A stretch of DNA of 64,000 nt from Owenia fusiformis (lineage: Eukaryota). The stretch is taken from the NCBI GenBank assembly GCA_903813345.2, contig CAIIXF020000001.1, forward strand, positions 31,310,001-31,374,000. The letters run 5' to 3'. Below the pieces are notes generated by a model. That model was not told the origin of the DNA. It worked only from the letters and a program-made list of their open reading frames with translations, and did no database searches. Shown in pieces: positions 12,910 to 24,353 of the stretch (position 1 is the first letter of the stretch; each line of letters starts with the position of its first letter). A program made the position numbers and the translations under genes.

Positions 12910-15106
12910 CTGAAAAAACATAAAGCAATGTTGATTTCATGGAAGTTACCAGAGGTATAGTAGTCACTTATAAGGACAACTAGGACTATAATATTACTGA
13001 CAGATTGCATTTTAAAAACACTTCTATGTGAGTGGATATTAAACTCGTAAGTCCTCTAGTCTGTCATGCTGTACTTCTACTCCTCAAGTACTCTGTGATG
13101 ATAGCATAATGTACTTTTTACAACTAGTTTTATCTTAGATAAAATACCATTAATATGATAAATTACTAAATTAATTATTTTGACACTATACTTCAACTTA
13201 ATTGTTTCAACAAGAAATAATTGTTCTAAACAAAAATATACAAACAGACAAATGTAGACATAAAAGAATGTATAAAGCTTAATGAGATGAGCAGTAATAT
13301 AATACTGCTAGAGCAATTAAATTATATGTTTAGCATTATTTCATTTTGTCGAAGAATGAGGGAAGGTTTTTCATACTAAACATATTATTTATTTCCCCTA
13401 AGCAGGCAAATGTAAATATAGTAAATGACAGCAACAGCAGCAAGGCAAGACAGGGGCACTGTGGAGCTGTAAGAAACAGGAAGCAAGTATTCAGAGATTA
13501 ACAGGTCATATCATTGAAATGGCAACATACCTTCAACAATGGTTCACTAGTGGAAGAAGGTTATGTTGCGATTTAGAGATATGACAAGCATTTAATCAGG
13601 CCTTAGTAGAGAGACCTGCACAAGGAGAGACTGTAGGAATTTGGACCATTGGTAATCACATTCTTGTCATTAGATCTGAACAGGGCAGGAGGTCTTGTTC
13701 AAGAAAAGAATGATTCATAAATATAAAATACATGGCCAGCCAATAGTGAAGCACAGAGACTAGATAATCTAGGGCCTGCTATCATAACTCAATTTTTCAG
13801 AAGTTGTGTTCTACTTCTATTCGGCCTTGTGACAATATTACAGAACATCTACATTGAATCTGTATTACATATGGTAAAACTACAATATTTTCCAAGGGGT
13901 CATTTAAAGACCGCCATTTCCCCATTCAGGTCTTAGTTACCAAAGAAATTAGTGTCAAGGACATTGAAATACAATGTACAAATTAACATACATGTACATA
14001 AAGGAAGTAAAATGAGGTATCTGGTCGGTATCTAAACTTCATATACCACTTGGCCTTAATAACATACAACGTAGCTTACAAACAGTAAACCTACAAACAG
14101 ATTCAACTTTGGGAATCTTTGAATATGAGGCCCCAGATGTTTAAAAGAGGCAAAGAGGCAAGCTATAGCCTCTAATAGTAAGTACAGTGTTCACATTCTG
14201 ATACATCTAGCTGCTAGAGTTAACTGCAAACCAATCTATTAGCACTAACTCAATGAACTAATTGGGTTAAATCTGGACTGCAACTAAAGTCCAACCAATG
14301 TCATGCTTGGCAGGCTTCATTCACTTGATTATCAGTAACATACAGATGTGACGTTGTTACAAAATTACACTGGTGCAAATAAAACTGAATGAGATTCAGT
14401 GTTATATGTATGTAAGCTCAAAATACAATATTAGCAATAATTGCAAAACAGGGGGTTCATTACTGCATAAGTGCATTGCAAAAAGGGTGGATTATGAGTA
14501 TATTACGAGAAAGAATATATTAACATTATCAAAATGATGTTTTAAAGCTTTCTGACTCATAATATAAACATTTGTATGATTGTTAAGTTCTGCGTTTGAC
14601 TTCTGCAATATTAATCATTTGACTATCTTTGTGGTTCTATATGCGAGGAACTAAGGGAGTGGTTAAGTAATATTACAAAAATGATGGGCCAGCAAGAAAT
14701 ACAACATATTAGTCTTGACTCAGGTTAAGAGATTAAAAAGCAAAAACTGAGTGACTGAGTGATTAGATTAAAAGAAAAATAATCTAGAAAGATAGCAGTA
14801 GTATATAGTCATGCATTTTAAATATAGCCATGCACGAAGACTCCATATATGATCACTGCACCATGTGGCATAGTGGTGTTTATGGGGGAAAGGTGCAATC
14901 TATATACGAGTAGGACTAAAACAGATTTATATTGTTTGAAATAATAGAACACATCAGTATAGTCCACCAGTACATAAGATTTCACAGATATAAAAATGTT
15001 AGTCCATCTGAGTTAAAGGAACTACTACAACACTACGTTCAAGCAAACCAACAAGGTAGATCAGAATGTGAACACAAGGACATCCACAATCAACTGTGGC
15101 TGTTAC

Positions 15107-15241
15107 CTGTTTTAATACGTCTACTGTGACAGGGTATAACATATTTTCTATGATAACTCTCAGTACAGTCTTTGGCTGTTCCCCTGCCTGGCCCATTAGA
15201 GCCTCTGCTGCCTGAAGCGCTGCCTGGGCGGCTGCATTTTG
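15107..15241 (-). CDS. PTBP1: PTBP exon variant b (RRM1-2 linker plus RRM2 start): QNAAAQAALQAAEALMGQAGEQPKTVLRVIIENMLYPVTVDVLKQ
   Basis: Acceptor tttacag, donor CAG|gtaaca, 135 nt, phase 0-0. Matches PTB AQAALQA...VLRIIVENLFYPVTLDVLHQ. Confidence 0.93.
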
Positions 15242-15613
15242 CTGTAAACAAATGCAAGATTAGAGCTACTGGTATATGTTAGCAGACACGAGCTGGTAGA
15301 TGTGTACAGGTTGGGGAGGGAGGGGAAAAGCTATTCCATAAATGTACTAACATGCAACATAGTGAAACATGTGTACATATGAACAGTATTGTTTTTATAT
15401 CCATTATGACAGACCACCATACAGATGCAACAATACTCTCTGTTCATGCAAAACAATGTTTCACCAAAATGGAAATTGCATGAACTGTTGAATTTCCAAT
15501 AATACACTTAACCTAATCTAATTCTAATCATATTAACTCAGATGTCAACTCAACAGTTCTTCATAACCCTGTACACATGACCAGCTCGTGGAATGTCCAT
15601 CTAGGACAGTTAC

Positions 15614-15748
15614 CTGTTTCAAAACATCAACTGTGATAGGATAGAGCAGATTCTCCACAATTACCCTCAGAACTGTCCGTGGTTGATCCTCTCCTTGTAC
15701 CAGCATCTGATTGGCTGCCTGTAGAGCAGCCTGGGCACCAGCGTTTTG
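15614..15748 (-). CDS. PTBP1: PTBP exon variant a (tandem duplicate): QNAGAQAALQAANQMLVQGEDQPRTVLRVIVENLLYPITVDVLKQ
   Basis: Acceptor gtcatggtag, donor CAG|gtaact, 135 nt, phase 0-0, no stops. 32/45 aa identical to variant b. This frame is not shown in the ORF track. Confidence 0.9.
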
Positions 15749-17137
15749 CTACCATGACAACAACGAACATTAATATACATGAAATAATGATCAAATTGCA
15801 AAATATTTCTAATTAAAATACTAGATACTGTAATATGGAATACAGTTATGGCAAATATGTTCATTGTCTCACAACATCAAATATTAATACCTAATATCAG
15901 GGTGTTCTATAACACGTTAACTAATGCATTAATATGCTGCAGTTTCATTTAGAATTCTGTTTAACATATGTTAACATCAGGAAAACTAGATTTAATCAAG
16001 TAATGATAAAGATCTGGGGGATAACCCCATATTAATCATATCACTTTGATAACAGTGGGGACATTTCCATTAAAACGTTCTAACATTTTCTGTCATTCCA
16101 AGAAATATTCTTTATTTTTACTATACATTATTCTATTCAAACAGTATACATGTATATGATATTCAGGGGCTTCATTATACCATTAAGTAATTGAACATAA
16201 GTTTTGTGAGAGCTGGCAACTTCTCCTTGGCACAACCCAATTATATATTCTCTCTGGAGATTCCTAGAATCCATAGATCCTATCTAATCAAGTAAAAGCT
16301 GAGTAATCTCTTTCATAACACACAAAAGCACCATTCATCCGCTTATTTCAACAGGAGAGGAGTATTATTTAATTATTTACACCCTGTGTTAAATTGTCAT
16401 TTGAGCCTTCATGCGATATTTCAAACAAGCAATTCAAATGGCATTACAGCAGAAAATATTTGCAGTTAACTCTTAATCTCAGAGAAACAATGGCAAAAGA
16501 CAGTTATCCAGTGAAATATCATTAAGCGTAATAAGGGAGTTTGTGTAACGCAGAAAATTGAGTCAAAATAAAATTGCAATAAATGTGAATCGCTGTTTTC
16601 GAATGAGTGAACATCAGTGATTCCTTATTGATCACATCAGCCTGAGACGTTATGGCTACTTTGTCAAACATATATCACCAACCTTTCAAGATATTGTTCC
16701 AGATTTTACAGAAAATCAATTTTTTGTCAAAAACTGGACCATCTATCTTAATATTGGGCCATAAAGGGTTCATGAATTTCAATCTGAATTGAAATATTTC
16801 ATGTTCTGGTGATTAGACATGCGATACCAAGTTGCCTCCAGACATGGGTACTGGTCTTAAAAGAGAGAATTGTTGTCTAGAGGGACATTATATTCAATTA
16901 CACACCCCAATGACAAGAAATATCATGTTGCTCACTTAGCTCCAACAATGATTTACACGGATCACAGAGACATGTTGGAAATGACTTATAATATTTCATG
17001 GACAAGCAATTCCTTGGTAAAACAACCAAATAATTTCTGCATTACAAAATGCAATTAATTCCATTAGCAAAAAATCATTTCTGTAAATGAAAAATAAGAA
17101 ACTCTGTATTCATGATAGTTCTGTGTATTGTACTTAC

Positions 17138-17287
17138 TTGGCTACCTGCCTCTGTTTTAAGCTCCTGATGTGTAGAGTATTGAACATAGACTGTCCTGCC
17201 CCGTATCGTTAGTGGTTTTGGGTTAAGTTGATTGTGAAAGTTCACCATAGATGTAGCTGCATTGATATCTGCCATTTCTAATAGTGC
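17138..17287 (-). CDS. PTBP1: PTBP RRM1 second half: ALLEMADINAATSMVNFHNQLNPKPLTIRGRTVYVQYSTHQELKTEAGSQ
   Basis: Acceptor gctttcag, donor CAA|gtaagt, 150 nt, phase 0-0. Carries the PTB motif YVQYS-H-ELKT. Confidence 0.96.
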
Positions 17288-20200
17288 CTGAAAGCAGATA
17301 GGCAAAATACATTAAAACATGGTAGAATATATTAAAACAAAGTACTGCATGGTTTTAGCCAGTATTTTTGGATCCTTTGGATTTTTGGAATAAACACAGA
17401 CGAAGAATGGCATTTTCACCTGTAATATGAAAACTATGATATAGACGGGGACTCAGATGGCAAAGCAAGTTAGATTAGTAACTGGACTCTTGCCTTTTGG
17501 TTTATTCCAAGACCTGAAGACAAAGATGAATCGAATCCACACAAATCCTACCACTTGCTTAACAGTCAATGTTCTCCTTATCATCTCTTTTACACTCTCA
17601 ATATCTTGTGCTCTCCCTGACTTAGTTATCAAAATAATGGCTATTATTACCTGTTAATTTATGTAGCAAAACAGCAAACTAGAATTCTGTTTATTTTCCT
17701 ATTGAACCACAACCAGGCTAGTTACCAGAGATAGGGTTGCTGATTGCTTTCACAAGATACACCCTGTGAAAGTTTGTACACAAGATACAGTCTAATAGTC
17801 CCCTATTGAACATTACAAGAGAGCTTATATGGTTCTAGTCATAAAACAGTCAGATCTGGTTACAAATTTGATCACAAATCCAGTTCTGACTGTCATGTTT
17901 TAAGCCATATAGACAGCTTAAAAGCTGTTGTAAATAATGGATTTATAGTAATATTCTACTATTATTGGTTGTTCCCTCTATAGTGTCAATGCATTGCATT
18001 ACAATATCATCCTCTGAACATCTCATAAACTCTGAATATATATATCTTACTCTAAAGATCTATACTCTGAAGAATAGATCCAAGTACATTGAAAATATCA
18101 TGAACTCTGAAGATTAAGAACTCTCAAACAAACTCTAAGAGCAACAATATCTTATAGAGAAATGTTCAAGTAACCAAAAACATCTGTAGAGATAACCCTG
18201 CTCTCAGATATACCTAGGTAAATGTCACTAATACAATCTAAGTTGAGATGTTTAGTATAGTTTAACACTATGATACAGCTTTTTCACCTGTAGAGGTGGC
18301 CTCTCACAACAACATGATAGAGCAAATTGCCATGTTGAAAACTGGAGTGAAGTTAATTGAGAAATCAGCTTGCTGCCAAACATGCTGTAATCAAACACCC
18401 AAACATTTGACATTCCTGCAATAAGAGTTAGGAGAGAGTCTATCAGTATCAAGCCATGTACTTATTAACCTGAAGCCTAATGACTTGGTTGCTATCTAAA
18501 ATAGGTTAGCTTGGAAGATAGGAAAATTCAGTGCCAGATTTCAGAGACAAACACAAACATTTGTCTTGGTTTATCTGATCAATTCCACACTGTCTGGGTA
18601 TGGGTGGCCAATTCTCAAAATCAGGGTTTTATACTAGAGATACTCTACAAAACACAAAATGTTGTTGGTGATATGAGAGGATTCATATATATGAAAAATA
18701 TAGCAACTGATATAGCAACAAATCTGTGTGAGTGAGTATGATGTACCAAATCAATTAGATATGAACAGATCAATGGCCTTTCAGTCACAGATAAAGGGTC
18801 TACGATTCACAAAACGATTCTTCTATGTGGAACCTATACCAGAACTCCAAATCCACTTCATGGAAAAGTACCCTATTCACAGATTATAATGAATCTGAAG
18901 CTGTTGAAAAAGAGTCATCGAAGTGAACAATGCTTGATTTCAAAAACAAGCTTCTCTTTGTGAGTCGGCTGTAACATTTAACAAATCAACATAAGAGAAT
19001 GAAAGGTTTTAGATGCAGTTCTATTGGCAAAGATTGGAGAATATTTGTAGAAGCACTGAATCAATACATTTATTTCGAGTTACATTAATGGAACCTGATC
19101 AGTTGACAGACAATATAATCTGTTTCCAGAAACTTCAATAATTTCATAGTAATCAGCATTGGCAATTTAGACCCTTTTCAATTATTCTTGTATTTATAAA
19201 GAATTTCCTATGCGGCCACTGCTGGCGTTTAAAAGGTTGTGTACACATTCCCAATGTTATTAATATTATTATTGACGATCATAACACATTTCTGAATCAA
19301 TTACTTGTAATCTGAGAAGAATAACCCCTTAATATTGAATAAATATCATAGTTTATGGTAAAATTGACATTTTCGTAAAAACAACAAGTTCAAAGTTAAA
19401 CTCACACCAAGAAAAATATTCCAACATTTATAAATATCAATTTTTTACAATACTATATATAATTTGTGTAGGACTTGGATGTAGAATGCTAAATAAGATA
19501 TTTCCATGTTCCAAGGGCAGTAACAATACAACTATTGTCCTCTATAACAGTAACCATTGTCATTTCTGTAAACATGTGCTTTATTTAACCAAACAAAAGG
19601 TATTAGACATTAATCTATGAAATGCTGTTCATCTTGAGGCAAGGATCAATATAGTGTAATAATCGCCTTTAAAAGTAAAATGAATCCCTCCAGACTGTAT
19701 TGATATTGTATCAAGATGTGAAATTAAAGTGGCATTTTAAAGAGCATCCTAATTTACAAGCAGATTTACCCTATTTTGCACGTTTGCATTCAATATGAAC
19801 TAAGTGCTGAATGAAGAATGTTATAAAAATACTGATGTTTAAAATCAAACACATATTTTAAGTGAATTAATACGATGCAAAACCAGCAAATTAAAGGATC
19901 AATGGGTTACATTTATACAAAGTCTGAAAAATATCCTAAAGTTATCTAATCGTAAAATTTTAATGTTGATACTGGCACCAAAGATATTGGCAAGCTATTA
20001 GTTGATTAGAAACTACAAATCATGCCAAAGTTGCAGGCCCAGAGGGCAATGTGAGGAGATGTGATGCACATTGTAATACACCAGTGGCCAAACTGACTAT
20101 TATCTTCAATTGCATTTATCCCCAAGATGTATATAACCCAAGGGTTATAACATGTTGGTCACGCTATATGTGTAGATATACACCCTTACATTCTCCTTGA

Positions 20201-21308
20201 TGCTATTCACATAAGGAAATAAGTAAATTATACATTCAACTGATCAAATTTCAGAAGATTCCTACAGGGAAATATTTTAGAATGTCAGATATGTTTTTCA
20301 GTGATATGAAGCAAACACAGGGGATGACATCACATGACAATTTCCCTATGGTTACTTGCCTAATTAGTGAAAGGGTTTATATTAATAGATCACAAACACA
20401 CATCCAGTTGAGAATGAGAAAATCAGAACAGGTAGGGTTAAAAATAGAAATATAATAGCATTGGAAATTGTTAATAATGAATGTAAATATTGTGAGCAAG
20501 TGCTTAATGAGAGGTGCATACAACTTTCTATTTCCATATTTCAATGCTACATTTCAATGTGTTGGTTCATTTCATTTGCTATCAATCTATACATGCCTGT
20601 GTTTAACACCCAAATTGTAGATAATTCTTTCAAATTGGCACCTATTTGCTAAATTGCAACCTATTTGCCAAATTGCAGCCTTATTCACCAAAGTGTGAAG
20701 TATTGCACTCTCCAATCGTGACAAAGGCATTCTATACTTGCCCATAATTGCAATAATTGTTTCAAAATCATCGACTTACACGAGAACATGTATCACCTGC
20801 CAATTAGCAAATTAAGAGTTACACATGTAATGATGGTAAGAGGAGACAGATAACTATGCTGTATAGAAACAGGCAAGTATATAATTGAAGCTTATCTTCC
20901 ATAATGACATAGATTACCAAGTCTGGGAGTGCAGTTATGGAACTTATTAGTCATCATATTGACACCATTAAAGCTATGAATAGCATTGATCTCTTTATAT
21001 CTGTGTGCTATTCATAAAATACAAGGTCTAACTAATGTATATTAGCTTTCAACCCAGTTTAGAGAATTTACATCAAGGCACATATTGCTATTAAAGCTAA
21101 GGCCAGGGCTAGTTGGGAGACAACCTCTACAGAAATATCAACTCCAGATTAAAACTTCTAATGTTGAATGATTTGTTATAATCTACTATACGTCCATTTT
21201 GAACCAAGTGTCTTTCCTTGGAAAGATCATTTATGACGATCATTTCCCATATATTCATAACTTTATAATAACAATAGCACAAAAGATGTTCAGCTTCAAG
21301 GTACTCAC

Positions 21309-21458
21309 CTGATTTTTCTTTTTTGCAAGTACGAGGTTTGTCATTCTGCCGAACATTAAGCCCATTTGTACAATTTCCCCCTCTGTAGCATCCTGGGGTA
21401 CCCCCCGGAAATGTAGCACCCTTGATGGGACACCATTCTGGTTCTTGTCTAGCTTTGC
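21309..21458 (-). CDS. PTBP1: PTBP RRM1 first half: AKLDKNQNGVPSRVLHFRGVPQDATEGEIVQMGLMFGRMTNLVLAKKKNQ
   Basis: Acceptor gtttgcag, donor CAG|gtgagt, 150 nt, phase 0-0. Matches PTB PSRVIHIRKLP..EGEVI..GLPFGKVTNL. Confidence 0.96.
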
Positions 21459-21627
21459 CTGCAAACACATAAAGGAAAGAACATTAAAACATGTGGTAGA
21501 GGTCACTGACTCCAAATGATACATTTAATGCTATATTATGATCAAAAGGTAGGTAAATCACTCCCACATATTGAAAATATTAAAGCTAGAAAGCACTGTT
21601 TAGCAAGAAAGAAGCATGGTCCAAAAT

Positions 21628-24111
21628 CACTGGGGATGAACTGGAAACGAGGGAGGTTTTGCCTCGTATCAAAATGGCGGCGCGTGAAAAAATTTCATTC
21701 GGTAAGCTTTTTGTTTTTTACAATTTTCGTGCTTTTATCCTTCAAATTAAAACTTAATATTTGGAAAGTAAATAGTTCATAAGTTCCGGTTTTATAATAT
21801 GATTACAAATTAGAAATCAATACTGGCATTACTGAGATATTTACATATCAATTCTCTCACTTAGGAAACGAGGCATGTTTCTCAAGGAAACGAGGCAGCT
21901 ATATAGCATTCTTAAGAATGAAACGAGGCAACCATATTTAATTAAAAATGTTTTGTTTTTATTACAGAACGGGGCCTACAAAAAGAAGCGTCCCTGTTCA
22001 AATGCTATTTCTGTAACACAGGAAACGACAACGTTGCTGATATTGTATTCCATATGATGCAACAGCATGATGGCAATCTCTCTGTACGAAAACGAACGTT
22101 AAATGAGAAAACAGTTTCATTTGTATACACGTCTCATCATTTTGGCGTTGCCATTGAACGTGTAACATACAGACATTAAAGAATACAAACAGTAAAATCC
22201 AATGTACACCAATGAGACAATGTCAGTGTGCTCCTTGACTCTGCTATTTTTGTAATATAGGCGAGTCATTTAATTATTACCATGGTCATTCGTTTTTTAT
22301 CGTATCTGGAATTATATTCTATCAAATATATCCATCTCGAGCAACAACAATGCCCCATTTGCGTACGATTAGTAGGGAGGTTTAACGACACATGTTTTAA
22401 AGAGAAGTGTACGTAAACGTGTAAAATTGCAATCTTCAGAGAACTTGTTCTTGTCTTCAACGTCTTTATTTGCATGAATGATTACAAAGGTATCAGTTAA
22501 ACTGTTTTAATTGGGTCTTTGTATAAGTCAATCCAGAACGGAACTATAGTTCCCAGGGGTCATTTCACGTTTACGTTCGCCATTTCTAAAATACGTGTAG
22601 CTTAAGCTCCCTATTAAAATAGCACTTCTTTGAACCACCCTTGGTATACGCAGCTAACGAAAATTGACCGGTACGGGTCAAAAGCTGGACCGGTACGGGT
22701 TAACGGTTTTATTTGAATTTAAAACAGCCATAACTTGCTCAATATTGACTTCCTCGTGTCTAATTTGAAATATATGATGCCTCCCGATGCTTTTAAGTAC
22801 CCCAATTTTTTACAGATTTTTAAACGGACCAAAACTCTCTAAATGCGCATTTATGCTCTTTTCTCTCGAGATCGACTGTCTCATTTTCACGATAACTTTT
22901 ATTTAGTACTTCTAACATATAAGATCTATTTTTCCCCATCAAGGTATGATGTAAATGACATGCTGTTTACATCTTGTGAGTTTCAATGACGCGCGTTTGA
23001 TTTTATAAAAAATGCCAAACTTTGTGACAAAGAATTTCCTCCTGCTTGCAGCGAGAAGACGAACCGGTTCGGGGCAATCTGCTTGCAGCGAGAAGACGGA
23101 CCGGTTCGGGGCAATAGCTGATGAAATTCTTTGTTCGTATACCAAGGGTGTGAACGAGATTTTCTTATTTGAGAGAACATTTTGACGATATATGCGCTAC
23201 CATTGATAGCTCGGATAGCTGGCTCGTTTATTGGAATTGACACTCAAAGCAATGCTATTTAACGTTTTCGAAATATTTAAAAAATAAAACAGTATAACTC
23301 CTTAGCATAACTTTTAAGCTGCAGCAAAGAATGAATCATCGAGTGAAGTGCATTGACATTTTCTGTACTTAAAGATGAACCTAAACAACATGTAGCTTAA
23401 CTAAATTGGTACAGTTAGACTTTTCTTTGCTGCAACTTTAATCATTCCATACCTTCGGCTGTATCATCAAGTTCCTTTATCAAACATTCAGATTGTACAG
23501 GTTATCAGATACATAGGCTTACATGCTTATCAGACATTCTTATTATATTATAATATATATAATTATTAGCTCATCATGTCATAGCCTAATATGTATAACT
23601 AGATTTGGAATGTGTACACATGTACCATCATTGTACCTGTATATGATGTGATTGCTTTTGCCTGTATTGGTACTTTAAACAATATGGTTATTCTTTTTAA
23701 CTCTTACATATATAATCATGTATATCGTGTAAAACGTAATCGGTCGTATGTGACCAGAACGGTGGAAATAAGATCATTAAATGTAGACACTATCACAGAA
23801 AGAATAGTTGCCTCGTTGCAACTCAAACATTGCCTCGTTTCATTGTTACAAAATGTAGACAGGTGCCTCGTTTCCTAAGTGAGAGAATTGAAATGTAAAT
23901 ATCTCAGCAATGTCTGTATTGATTTCTAATTTGCAATCATATTATAAAACCGGAACTTATAAACTATTTACTTGCCAAATATTAAGTTTTAATTTGAAGG
24001 ATAAAAGCACGAAAATTGTAAAAAACAAAAATCTTACCGAATGAATTTTTTTCACGCGCCGCCATTTTGATACGAGGCAAAACCTCCCTCGTTTCCAGTT
24101 CATCCCCAGTG
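21628..24111. mobile_element. Non-autonomous DNA transposon with about 248-bp TIRs, CACTGGGG termini and 5-bp TSD AAAAT
   Basis: 21628-21875 is the near-perfect reverse complement of 23864-24111. aaaat occurs at 21623-21627 and 24112-24116. Repeated subterminal AAACGAGGCA motifs. No transposase ORF seen. Confidence 0.92.
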
Positions 24112-24223
24112 AAAATATCTGAGGAAAGAGTTTCATGGGCATTTCAAAAGAAATGTTAAGCTTCTTTTAACTACTAAATTACTTTTAACTACTAAAAAGA
24201 AGCACATTTTTAGATGGAAATTT

Positions 24224-24353
24224 AAGAAATGATAAAATGATGTATTTTACATGAAAAATGATAAAATGATGTATTTTACATGGAAAATGAAGAAATGATA
24301 AAATGATGTATTTTACATGGAAAATGAAGAAATGATAAAATGATGTATTTTAC
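24224..24353. repeat. Short tandem repeat, about 29-37 bp unit (AAATGATAAAATGATGTATTTTAC core) x4
   Basis: The core is seen four times in succession. Confidence 0.85.

Noticed and set aside
15667..15864. ORF 15667..15864 (-)
   Set aside because: Wrong frame. The protein-like frame is the duplicated exon 15614..15748.
21628..21670. RAG recombination signal sequence at the transposon end
   Set aside because: CACTGGG only partly matches the heptamer, and no correctly oriented nonamer follows at a 12- or 23-bp spacing.
21516..24142. Near-identical ORFs 21516..21782 (+) and 23957..24142 (-)
   Set aside because: They are translations of the two TIRs of one transposon, not genes.
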